Assembly: GCA_002737365.1 (NCBI GenBank) | Contig: NSIL01000015.1 | Span: forward strand, 2,199-66,198 | Source: Acidobacterium sp. | Lineage (GTDB): Bacteria > Acidobacteriota > Vicinamibacteria > Vicinamibacterales > UBA2999 | Length of the DNA: 64,000 bases | Direction of reading: 5' to 3' | In this document: positions 19,700-28,183 of the stretch, one piece after another | Layout: the number at the start of each line of letters is the position of its first letter | Position numbering within the stretch: the stretch's first letter is position 1 | Program-made: the position numbers and the translations under genes | Notes under the pieces: generated by a model | The model's input: only the letters and a program-made list of their open reading frames with translations | Told to the model about the DNA's origin: nothing | Database searches by the model: none

Positions 19700-20109
19700 C
19701 CGCGCGCGCATGGACCGAGGTTCGCAACCTTGGTATAGGCCAGCGCGCTCTCGGCCTTCGCCGCAGCGGTGGTGGTGACCTGCACGGTCAGCACTCTGCC
19801 GTCGGCACTCATCGACCACCGTTCTTGAATGGTCGTGGTGTCGCCGTTGGAAGCCTTCATGGTTCCCTCGCTCAGCAACGAACGGCCTTGCCACTTCGCG
19901 GTCATCGCCACGGTGGCGCCATTGCTGAGCAACGCCAGCGTCTCCTGATTGAAGCTGGAGTAGGTGGTGAAGCCACCAAGAAAGCCGACGATCACGGCGG
20001 CGCGCAGCTCGGGAGGCCGGGCCGTTACCGTCGCCAGGTGGGCCACGGCGCCGAGAACGAAACAACCGGCGAGATTGACGATCAGGGTCCCGAACGAGAA
20101 GGCCGACAG
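19700..20109 (-). pseudogene. crcB: 5'-truncated fluoride channel (crcB/fluc) fused in frame to the C-terminus of an unrelated secreted protein
   Basis: FGTLIVNLAGCFVLG and GFLGGFTTYSSF Fluc signatures; TM1 missing. After about 19915 it continues as AKWQGRSL...ERWSMSADGRVLTV. Confidence 0.7.
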
Positions 20110-20123
20110 TCTACAATGACCGG

Positions 20124-22238
20124 ATGTCGACTCTTCGTCTTGCTGCGCTGCTCGCCCTGATCGCCCCCACCGCGTTGTTGGCCCAGGCGCCCCAGGCGCC
20201 CAACATCACCCTGCCGACGGTCATCGTCACGGCGCAGAAAGAAGCTGAAGACGTCAAGGCGGTGCCGGCCAGCGTGACCGTGGTAACGGCCACGACGATC
20301 GCTGATGCCGGCCTGCGCGTGATCACCGAGGCGGCGTGGTATGCGCCGAACACGGTGTTCACCGAGTTCACGGCCCGCAAGGTCAGTAACGCCCGGTTCC
20401 GCGGCATTGGCTCGAGCCCGGCCAATCCGGCGATCACGACCTATCTCGACGGCGTGCCGCAGTTGAACAGCAACTCCTCGAACATTGAGCTGCTCGACGT
20501 CGATCAGATCGAGTTCGTGCGTGGCCCGCAGAGTGCGTTGTTCGGCCGCAACACGCTTGGCGGCATTGTCAATGTGACCAGCACGCCGCCCTCCACCGCG
20601 GCGTGGACGGGATCAGTGGTGGCGCCGTTTGGTGACTATGGTTCGAAGGAAGTGCGCGGCAACGTCTCGGGCCCGCTCGGCGACAAGGCCGCCATGAGCT
20701 TCGCGGTCGGCAAGCAGCAGCGCGAGGGCTACACGGTGAACCAGGTCACCGGCCACGATCTCGACTCTCGCGACGGCACGTTTGCCAAGGCGCAGTTGCT
20801 GCTGACGCCCAACGCCAACTGGCAGGCCCGCGTCATCTACTCGCACGAGCGCAATCGCGACGGCGACTACGCGCTGGGCGACCTGAACGCGATTCGTGCC
20901 AATCCCTTTGTGGTGAGGCGTGACTTCGAGGGCTTCACCAACCGCGACATCAACGGCACCACGATCAACCTGCGCGGCACCGGACAGAACTTCTCGATTG
21001 AATCGACCACCGGTTTCGTCAAGTGGAGCACTGAAGACGAAACTGACCTGGACTACACCCCGCTGCCGCTGGCCACGCGCCGCAACTCCGAGGACAGCTT
21101 CCAGTTCACCCAGGAAGTGCGCTTGGCATCACCCGAGAACGCGCCGATGCAGCTGTCGGACGCCTTCTCCCTGAAGTGGCAGGGCGGCGTGGCGTTGTTC
21201 AATCAGAACTACGACCAGCTCGCCGTCAACTCACTGTCGGCCTTCGTGCTGTCGCCGCTCATCCCGTTTCCGGTGGCGCAGACCTCGCCTGAGTCAGCGA
21301 TCAACAGCGCTGGGTTCGGCCTGTTCGGCCAGGGCACGCTGACCGTCAACGAGCAGACCGATCTGATTGTCGGTCTGCGATTCGATCACGAGTCGAGCGA
21401 CGCGGTGCTCAACACGTTCTTCACACCGGCGATTGCCCCGGCTAACCGCGTGACGGCCGAGGACAGTTATTCGGATCTGTCGCCGCAGATCGCGGTCTCT
21501 TACCGGCCCGTGGCCGACACCTCGCTCTATGCCTCGGTCAACCGTGGCTTCAAGGCCGGCGGCTTCAATCCCGCCGCGCTGCCGGGCAGCGAAGCCTACG
21601 ACGAAGAGCAGGCCTGGCACGTCGAAGGCGGCGTCAAGTCCACGTTCGCCGGCGGCAAGGCCTCGGCCAGCGCCGCGATCTTCCAGATCAAGTGGGACGA
21701 CATGCAGCTGAACGTGCCGAACCCGTTCGTGCCTGGCCAGTTCTACATCCAGAACGTCGGCCGCGCGCACAGCCGCGGCCTCGAGCTCGACCTGACGGCG
21801 CGCCCGCACCCATCGGTCGATGTGTTCACGTCGTTCGGCTTCACCAGCGCGTACTTCAGGGACGGCACGATGGCGGCCGGCGTCAACGTGGGCGGCAACA
21901 AGCTGCCCTACACGCCGGCGTATACCGGCGTGATCGGCACCCAGCTCACCCGTGCGATCACCTCGGCGGTCACGCTCTACGGCCGCGGCGAGGTTGCGTT
22001 CTATGGTCCGTTCGAGTACGACGAGGCGAACACGGCTCGCCAGGGGGCCTACCGGCTGGCGAACGTCCGCGCCGGCACGCGTGGCAAGCGGCTGTTCGCC
22101 GAAACCTGGATCCGCAACGCCTTCGACACCAGGTACGTGCCGATTGCCATCCCCTACCAGGGTTTGGCACCCTCAGGGTTTATCGGCGAGCATGGCCGCC
22201 CGCGGACGTTCGGCGTCAGCGCCGGCGTCACGTTCTGA
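20124..22238 (+). CDS. TonB-dependent receptor (FyuA-like)
   Basis: TVIVTAQK TonB box, IEFVRGPQSALFGRNTLGG plug, C-terminal Phe. Confidence 0.93.
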   Translation: MSTLRLAALLALIAPTALLAQAPQAPNITLPTVIVTAQKEAEDVKAVPASVTVVTATTIADAGLRVITEAAWYAPNTVFTEFTARKVSNARFRGIGSSPANPAITTYLDGVPQLNSNSSNIELLDVDQIEFVRGPQSALFGRNTLGGIVNVTSTPPSTAAWTGSVVAPFGDYGSKEVRGNVSGPLGDKAAMSFAVGKQQREGYTVNQVTGHDLDSRDGTFAKAQLLLTPNANWQARVIYSHERNRDGDYALGDLNAIRANPFVVRRDFEGFTNRDINGTTINLRGTGQNFSIESTTGFVKWSTEDETDLDYTPLPLATRRNSEDSFQFTQEVRLASPENAPMQLSDAFSLKWQGGVALFNQNYDQLAVNSLSAFVLSPLIPFPVAQTSPESAINSAGFGLFGQGTLTVNEQTDLIVGLRFDHESSDAVLNTFFTPAIAPANRVTAEDSYSDLSPQIAVSYRPVADTSLYASVNRGFKAGGFNPAALPGSEAYDEEQAWHVEGGVKSTFAGGKASASAAIFQIKWDDMQLNVPNPFVPGQFYIQNVGRAHSRGLELDLTARPHPSVDVFTSFGFTSAYFRDGTMAAGVNVGGNKLPYTPAYTGVIGTQLTRAITSAVTLYGRGEVAFYGPFEYDEANTARQGAYRLANVRAGTRGKRLFAETWIRNAFDTRYVPIAIPYQGLAPSGFIGEHGRPRTFGVSAGVTF

Positions 22239-22299
22239 TCGTCCCTTTTCCGGCGACCGTCGTCGCAGCTGCTGCTGCACTGTCGGCCTGGCATTTCTT

Positions 22300-22400
22300 G
22301 GCCGCGATCAGCTGATGGCGCTCGTCACGACGGTGATGACATCACCGATACTCGCGGCACTTTTTCGCGAGCGTCCATGGAGCAGACGATCTGGTGATTT
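22300..22400 (+). pseudogene. possible cation/H+ antiporter C-terminal fragment
   Basis: LMALVTTVMTSPIL resembles the last TM helix of Kef-type antiporters. Fragment only. Confidence 0.35.
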
Positions 22401-22541
22401 GGGGATTGGATGATTTTGTTCTCGGATTACGGGCTCACCAAATCATCGTTTTTGGGATGTATCCCAGTGACTTTTCGATTTGGGGTTACCATCAAGAGCG
22501 ATAGCGTCCGCCAAACTCGGCGTGGCGAAGGAGATTACTGA

Positions 22542-23084
22542 ATGAAGCAAACTGTTTTGGCCCTCGCGATCACCGCGCTGGCGTTTGGCGCTGCGGTCAG
22601 CGCCCAGAAGACCACTGAACTCAAGGCCGGCAGCGGCGGCAGCGCTCACGTCCGAACGGAGTGGACCATCGATGGCGGCAACCTGTCGATCGAGTACGGC
22701 CGGCCGTCGTTGAAAGGCCGTACCCCCGGCAAGGACATCGACCCGTACGACGGTCGTGAGTGGCGCACCGGTGCCGATGCGGCGACCACGCTTAAGACCG
22801 ACAAGATGCTGATGATCGGCTCGCTGCACGTGCCGGCCGGCACCTACACCATCTACACGATTCCCACCGGCGGGACGTGGCAGCTTGTCCTGAGCAAGAA
22901 GACCGGCCAGTGGGGCACCCCCTATCCAAAGGGCGAAGACCTCGGCCGCGCGCCGATGTCGCTGGGCAAGGCCCCGGCCGCCGCCGAGCAGTTGACCTTC
23001 TCGATCGAGGACAACCCGAAGGGCGCCACGCTCCACATCGACTGGGGCACCACCCGCGCCAGCATCCCCTTCACTATCGGTTAA
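22542..23084 (+). CDS. DUF2911-family secreted protein
   Basis: IEYGRPSLKGR, WRTGADAAT, VPAGTYTIYTIP, QWGT; RBS AAGGAG. Confidence 0.88.
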   Translation: MKQTVLALAITALAFGAAVSAQKTTELKAGSGGSAHVRTEWTIDGGNLSIEYGRPSLKGRTPGKDIDPYDGREWRTGADAATTLKTDKMLMIGSLHVPAGTYTIYTIPTGGTWQLVLSKKTGQWGTPYPKGEDLGRAPMSLGKAPAAAEQLTFSIEDNPKGATLHIDWGTTRASIPFTIG

Positions 23085-23089
23085 CATTA

Positions 23090-23126
23090 TTCAGAACGGT
23101 TCGGCACCCGGCTGAACCGTTCTGAA
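23090..23126. terminator. long hairpin (16-bp stem), likely terminator
   Basis: TTCAGAACGGTTCGGC-ACCCG-GCTGAACCGTTCTGAA, directly after the DUF2911 stop. Confidence 0.6.
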
Positions 23127-23162
23127 CTATTCTTGATTCCTCTTGCCCTGAGAAGGCTCCTG

Positions 23163-23741
23163 ATGTTCCGGCGACTCTCACTGCTGACCACGCTGTGCCT
23201 GCTGGCCGCAGCCGGCGTAGCGCGGTCGACCACCGTCATTCCCCCGTCATTCGAGGCCCTGGTTTCCAGCGCCAACACCATTTTCGTCGGCGAAGTAATG
23301 AACGTCCGCGCTGAATGGGACACCACGCCCAGCGGCCGGGCCATCATCACGCTGGTGACGTTCCGGGTCGAGGAGGTGTGGAAGGGCAACCTCGGCGCGG
23401 TCACGCAGCTCGAGTTCCTGGGCGGCGAGATCGGTGAGCTCGGCATGAAGGTCGAGGGCATGCCGGTGTTTCGTCTCGGCCAGCGCGACGTGTTGTTTGT
23501 GAGCGACGAGGTTCGCACGGTCAGCCCGCTGGTTGGTTTCATGCACGGCCGCATGCGGGTGGAGCGCGACACCGTGTCAGGCGTCGATCGCGTCCGCACC
23601 TTTGACGGCCGCGCGCTCGGCAGTGTCGTGCAAATCGGCCCCCAACGCGCCACCCCTTCGCTGGCGTCGATCACGCCAATGCGCTTGAGCGACCTGGCAT
23701 CCGCCGTGCGCGCTCGCGCCGCCGCTGCGAGGCAGCGATGA
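23163..23741 (+). CDS. secreted hypothetical protein coupled to a matrixin
   Basis: Signal peptide, then STTVIPPSFEALVSSANTIFVGEV...FRVEEVWKG. ATGA overlap with the next gene. Confidence 0.8.
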   Translation: MFRRLSLLTTLCLLAAAGVARSTTVIPPSFEALVSSANTIFVGEVMNVRAEWDTTPSGRAIITLVTFRVEEVWKGNLGAVTQLEFLGGEIGELGMKVEGMPVFRLGQRDVLFVSDEVRTVSPLVGFMHGRMRVERDTVSGVDRVRTFDGRALGSVVQIGPQRATPSLASITPMRLSDLASAVRARAAAARQR

Positions 23742-24853
23742 TCGCCCGTCGTCGCACGCTCTGCGGCGCGCTGGCCGCGCTGACCCTCTGCATTACGACC
23801 ATGGAGTCGCCGCGCGGCTTCAGCCTGCTGGCCAACAAGTGGCCCAATGGCACGGTCACCATGCACTTGCAGCTGGGTAGCGGCTCGGGCACGCTGATCG
23901 ATGGCTCAACCAACTGGAACCAGGTCGCGACCAACGCCCTGGCCACCTGGAACACCCATATCGACCTGGTGAAGTTCTCGGCGGTGAACGACTCCACCGT
24001 GTCGCGCGGCGACGGTACCGGCACCAACAATGTGTTCTTCGACTCGGCGCTCTACGGCCGCGCCTTCGGCAACAACACGCTGGCGATCGCCACCTCGTGG
24101 TACAACACCGCCAGCAACAACAAGATCGAAGGTGACGTGGTGTTCAACAACACCAAGAGCTGGAATTCGTATCGCGGCAATTTGCGCTCCGGCACCAACG
24201 ACCTCTACCGCGTCGCGCTGCATGAGTTCGGCCACCTTCTCGGGCTCGACCATCCCGACGAGAACGGCCAGAACGTCAGCGCGCAGATGAACTCGATCAT
24301 CGGCAACCTCGATGCGCTGGCCTCGGACGACATTGCCGGAGCCCGCTCGCTCTACGGGGCGGGCGTCACCTCGAACATCAGCTTCCCGCCACGCAACGAA
24401 CCGAACGACTTTTACACTCAGTTGATTGGCGTCTACCAGAACGAACTGCGCGCCGCCCAAGTCACGACGTATGTCGACCCCGAGGGCGTGGTGATCTGGC
24501 TCACCGAGTACGCGCGTTACCGGGTCGGCTTGTGCGACCACTCGACCGCCCAGACGCGGGTGTTCTCCGCCATCGACAACACCGGCGTCTATGGCGTCTG
24601 CGCGCTCACCCCGTCGGGCACCATTCCTTTTCCGCCACGCAATGAAGGTCTCGACTTCATGAACGCGCTGCAAGTGAAGTATCGCGACGGCCTGCGGCGT
24701 GGCGCCGGTTCGTCGTACGTCAACAGCGAAGGCGCGGTGGTCTGGGTACTCGAGTATTTGCGCTACCGTCTCAACAGTTGCAGTCACGGCGATGCCACGA
24801 CCAAGGTGTTCATGCAGATTCGCGGCCGGGGGATTCAACCAGTTTGTCGATAG
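23738..24853 (+). CDS. secreted matrixin (M10-like) zinc metalloprotease with two C-terminal repeats
   Basis: HEFGHLLGLDH zinc motif, SAQMNS Met-turn, and a tandem repeat of about 73 aa starting FPPRNE. Confidence 0.88.
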   Translation: MIARRRTLCGALAALTLCITTMESPRGFSLLANKWPNGTVTMHLQLGSGSGTLIDGSTNWNQVATNALATWNTHIDLVKFSAVNDSTVSRGDGTGTNNVFFDSALYGRAFGNNTLAIATSWYNTASNNKIEGDVVFNNTKSWNSYRGNLRSGTNDLYRVALHEFGHLLGLDHPDENGQNVSAQMNSIIGNLDALASDDIAGARSLYGAGVTSNISFPPRNEPNDFYTQLIGVYQNELRAAQVTTYVDPEGVVIWLTEYARYRVGLCDHSTAQTRVFSAIDNTGVYGVCALTPSGTIPFPPRNEGLDFMNALQVKYRDGLRRGAGSSYVNSEGAVVWVLEYLRYRLNSCSHGDATTKVFMQIRGRGIQPVCR

Positions 24854-25448
24854 CCATCGCCTGAACGATCCGGTACTCGGTGGGCGTATCGATATCCAGG
24901 AACGCGCCGTCGTCTGAGATCGACACATCGAGGCGTCGCGACGCGTGCGCGGCAAACACCGCCTTGGCGCCGACCGCTGGGTCGGCGCATCGCAGGTCAT
25001 CAAAGACCGCGCGATCGAAGACCACGGGGTGACCGTGGCGATCGCCATCCACCGGCCGGACGATGGGGGCGCGAGTCTGGCGCCAGGCGTGCACGATGGC
25101 CGCCACCGAGTCGGGCCTGACCAGCGGCACGTCCACCAGCGTCACTAGAATCGCCTCCAGCTGCGGATCGTCGACCGCCGCGAGACCGGCCAGCAAAGAC
25201 GACAGTTGCCCCTGTGCCCACCCGGGATGCTCAATGACGCAGGCGCGCGGTTCAAAGCGCGGCATCGCGCCGCGCACGGCGTCGATGTGCGCGCCCGCCA
25301 CCACCGCGACGCTGGGCAATCCGGCCGCCAGCAAGGTGGCCACGACCCGCGAAACTACCGTGTCTCCAGTTGTCCCCAAAGGTAGGGCCGCCTTGGCCTG
25401 TCCCATCCTGGACGAGGCGCCGGCGGCAAGGACAATGGCTCGTATCAT
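24810..25448 (-). CDS. MocA-like molybdenum cofactor cytidylyltransferase family protein
   Basis: LAAGASSRMG, GQLSSL, LVDVP, GHPVVF, DIDTP. Confidence 0.88.
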   Translation of the reverse strand: MIRAIVLAAGASSRMGQAKAALPLGTTGDTVVSRVVATLLAAGLPSVAVVAGAHIDAVRGAMPRFEPRACVIEHPGWAQGQLSSLLAGLAAVDDPQLEAILVTLVDVPLVRPDSVAAIVHAWRQTRAPIVRPVDGDRHGHPVVFDRAVFDDLRCADPAVGAKAVFAAHASRRLDVSISDDGAFLDIDTPTEYRIVQAMAIDKLVESPGRESA

Positions 25449-25528
25449 TTAATAATCCTCAGCAAAAACGAATATATGGGAGCAATAGCCGAGCTGGGTA
25501 AATGCCGTTACAAAATAAGACGTATGTC

Positions 25529-25558
25529 TTGACTTCCCATTGTTGACCCGCCTACACT
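25529..25558 (+). promoter_or_regulatory. sigma70-type promoter of the cold-shock gene
   Basis: TTGACT-18 bp-TACACT, about 130 nt upstream of the csp ATG. Confidence 0.6.
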
Positions 25559-25688
25559 GGCCCCGCTTTCCCGCGTCCCCCTGCCGGTGGCCACAGTGTA
25601 ATCGGCCTCATTTTGATACCACCGGTATCGTGGGTGCGGCGGCTTGAAGGATGTTTCCTTCAGGCTTCGGTTCATCGGAGGACAGGTT

Positions 25689-25895
25689 ATGCCAACCGGA
25701 ATAATCGCACGGCTCCTAATCGACAAAGGCTTCGGATTCGTTCGAGACGAAGCGGGCCTGGAGCACTTCTTTCACCGCAGCTCCGTGCAGGGAGCGGTGT
25801 TCGAACTACTACGCGAAGGACAGCGCGTCGACTTCGTGATCGAGGAATCCCAGAAGGGGCCTCGGGCTGGAGACGTGCGACTCGTTGAAGGATAG
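25689..25895 (+). CDS. cold-shock domain protein
   Basis: KGFGFV (RNP1), FFHRS (RNP2), KGPRAGDV; RBS GGAGG. Confidence 0.92.
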   Translation: MPTGIIARLLIDKGFGFVRDEAGLEHFFHRSSVQGAVFELLREGQRVDFVIEESQKGPRAGDVRLVEG

Positions 25896-25937
25896 AGTTA
25901 GATCCGGCCCCGGAGGTTGGGGCCGGAGTTCGTCCCG

Positions 25938-26558
25938 TTGAAACACTTCTTCAAATGCCTGGCCGCGCTCGCGGCTGTTCTCCTGATTGTTGCCGCCGTC
26001 GCCGCGCCGCGCCTTGGTGCGTGGCTGGTGGTCGAAGATCCCCTGCAAAAGGCCGATGCCGTCTTCGTACTGGGCGGCACCCTGTTCGAGCGTCCGCTCG
26101 AGGCCGTTGATCTGTACCACGAGGGCTGGGCACCGCGGTTGTTGTTGATGCGCCAGATTGCCGACTTCGGCGAGGCCGAGTTGGAGAAACGCGGCGTGAC
26201 GTTCCAGCGCGAGATCGATGTGCAGATCGACGTGCTCACGAAGCTCGGCGTGCCGAGCGCAGCGATCGAGATCCTGCCGCCCCAGAACAGCACCCGTGAC
26301 GAGGCCGATGCGCTGCTCACGGCCGTGGTCACCCATCACTGGGCCCGCGTGATCGTGGTCACGTCAAAGCAGCACACGCGTCGCGCACGGATGGTGATCG
26401 AGCGGCGGCTGGCCGGCACCGGCTCGCAGGTGATCATGCGCGCCTCCCGTTATGACCGGGCTGATGTTGACGGCTGGTGGCGCCAGCGCTCGACGCTGCG
26501 CTTCACGCTGTTCGAGACGCAGCGGCTGATCGCCTACTGGCTGAGGATTGCGGACTGA
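25938..26558 (+). CDS. YdcF/DUF218 family protein
   Basis: DAVFVLGG, STRDEA, VIVVTSKQHTRRA. Confidence 0.87.
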   Translation: MKHFFKCLAALAAVLLIVAAVAAPRLGAWLVVEDPLQKADAVFVLGGTLFERPLEAVDLYHEGWAPRLLLMRQIADFGEAELEKRGVTFQREIDVQIDVLTKLGVPSAAIEILPPQNSTRDEADALLTAVVTHHWARVIVVTSKQHTRRARMVIERRLAGTGSQVIMRASRYDRADVDGWWRQRSTLRFTLFETQRLIAYWLRIAD

Positions 26559-26570
26559 TATCATTTGACC

Positions 26571-26666
26571 GGAAGTGAACGGGGCCCGGTGGCCCTCCCG
26601 GTCTTCAAAATCGGTCGCTGCCTCCTTGTGGGGCAGGCTGGGTTCGACTCCCAGGCACTTCCGCCA
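26571..26666 (+). tRNA. selC: tRNA-Sec (UCA)
   Basis: GGAAG...CTTCCGCCA ends, 6-bp D stem with CGGT loop, CTTCAAA anticodon loop, long variable arm, T arm CTGGG-TTCGACT-CCCAG. Confidence 0.93.
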
Positions 26667-26667
26667 A

Positions 26668-26758
26668 CCTTCGCTCCCCAACCAACTTCGAGCTTCGGTT
26701 GGCAAGCCAACTGGAAAGTTGGCGTCCACCATAGCGGCGAAGCCGCGACGGTGGACCA
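26668..26758. repeat. REP-like palindromic element after selC
   Basis: CCTTCGCT...GAGCTTCGGTTGGCAAGCC and a GTCCACC...GCGGCGAAGCCGC...GGTGGAC hairpin. Related to 32066 and 46180. Confidence 0.5.
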
Positions 26759-26760
26759 CG

Positions 26761-27450
26761 CTACACCAGCAGCGCGAGCACCCTCTGCGTATCCGACAAG
26801 TCCGCCAGGACGAAGTCCGCGCCGGCCGCGCGCAGCTCTTCAACCGAGTGGCCGCCCGTCGCGACGGCAATTGAGATCGCGCCGGCCACGCGCGCGCATT
26901 CGATGTCGAACGGTGTGTCACCGATCACGATCACGCGCTCCAGTGCCTCGGCCGGCACGTCATAAATCTCCGCGCGCTGCCGCGCGATCGGCACCAGCGC
27001 ATTGCGGTCCGCCGCATCATCGCTAAACGCGCCCCATTCGAAGAACTCCCACAGCTCGAAGTGCGTCAGCTTGACCTCGGCCGCCGCGCGGTAGTTGCCC
27101 GTCAGCAGCGCGAGGTGCAGATGATCGTGGTCAAGCAGCGCCTCGATCAGCTCGCGCGCACCCGGCATGAGCCCCTTGTGACCCGTGCCGGGATGCTGGA
27201 TCTCTTCGGCCAGCAAGGGCACGTAGGTGTCGCGGAAGCGAGCGTGATTCTCGGCGCTGTCGGGCAAGCCCGCCGCCTTCAGCCCGTGGCTCAGCAGAAA
27301 CGAGTCGGTGCGGCCGCCAAACGAGGTGCCGGCAAAGGCGTCGGCGACGCCAAACGTCTGCTCGAACGCGCGATTCATGGCACGCAAGCCGGCGCGGCCA
27401 CTCAGGAGCAGCGTGCCATCAATGTCAAACAGGAGCAATGCGGGTTTCAT
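26761..27450 (-). CDS. HAD-superfamily hydrolase (phosphoglycolate phosphatase-like)
   Basis: FDIDGTL, LLTGN, IGDTPFD. Confidence 0.9.
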   Translation of the reverse strand: MKPALLLFDIDGTLLLSGRAGLRAMNRAFEQTFGVADAFAGTSFGGRTDSFLLSHGLKAAGLPDSAENHARFRDTYVPLLAEEIQHPGTGHKGLMPGARELIEALLDHDHLHLALLTGNYRAAAEVKLTHFELWEFFEWGAFSDDAADRNALVPIARQRAEIYDVPAEALERVIVIGDTPFDIECARVAGAISIAVATGGHSVEELRAAGADFVLADLSDTQRVLALLV

Positions 27451-27475
27451 GGGTTCTCTACAGGAGGCGAGGAGG

Positions 27476-28183
27476 TCAGGAGAACAACTTCTTCAGAAAT
27501 CCAACTGGCTTCAGATCGCCAGTGGCGGCTACCAGTTCCAAGCGCTGTCCACCGATCGCTTTCGCGAGTTCATCGTCGGCGGTCAACGCCAGCAACGCCA
27601 GCCCGCGCGAGCGGGCCAGACGCGCCAGGTCGGCACCAAACGCGCTGACCGTCGCTCGCGGCAAGCTCGCCGACGGATGCTCGGCCAGCAGCATGCGGGG
27701 ACCAAGCGCCAGCGCGCGCGCCAGGTGAATGCGCATGTGAGTGTCGGGCCCGGTGCGTCCCGCAGGCATCTCGAAAGTCTCGGCGGCCAGTCCAACTTCC
27801 TTGGCGAGGGCCACGACGTCGGGCAGCACCCCAGGATCGATCGGATCGACCTCAAGCGTGTACGACAGGGCGATGTTCTGCAACACGGTGAACATCTCGA
27901 TCACGATGCCGCGGGAGGTGACCATGCCGACGCCGTCCAGCGACTTGAGCCACGCGGTGCCGTCGGTGATGACCTTGGTGTTCTGGCCGAACAACGCGAC
28001 TTCACCGCTGTCAGGCAAGGTCGCGCCGGTCACCAGGTTGACGAACGTCTGAGCGGCAATCGCATCGAGACCGTTGACGGCGACGAGGTCGCCGCTGGTG
28101 AGGGACAGGGAACGGATGCGGAGCGGGCGCAGCGCCTGGTAGTCCTTGACCAGGCCGCTGACCTCGAGCAGCGGCGCGCTCAC
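27476..28183 (-). CDS. ABC-ATPase-fold protein with degenerate catalytic motifs
   Basis: ABC scaffold (LLEVSGLVKDY, PDSGEV, FTVLQNI, ARALALGP), but Walker A, LSGGQ and Walker B are all altered. Confidence 0.8.
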   Translation of the reverse strand: MSAPLLEVSGLVKDYQALRPLRIRSLSLTSGDLVAVNGLDAIAAQTFVNLVTGATLPDSGEVALFGQNTKVITDGTAWLKSLDGVGMVTSRGIVIEMFTVLQNIALSYTLEVDPIDPGVLPDVVALAKEVGLAAETFEMPAGRTGPDTHMRIHLARALALGPRMLLAEHPSASLPRATVSAFGADLARLARSRGLALLALTADDELAKAIGGQRLELVAATGDLKPVGFLKKLFS

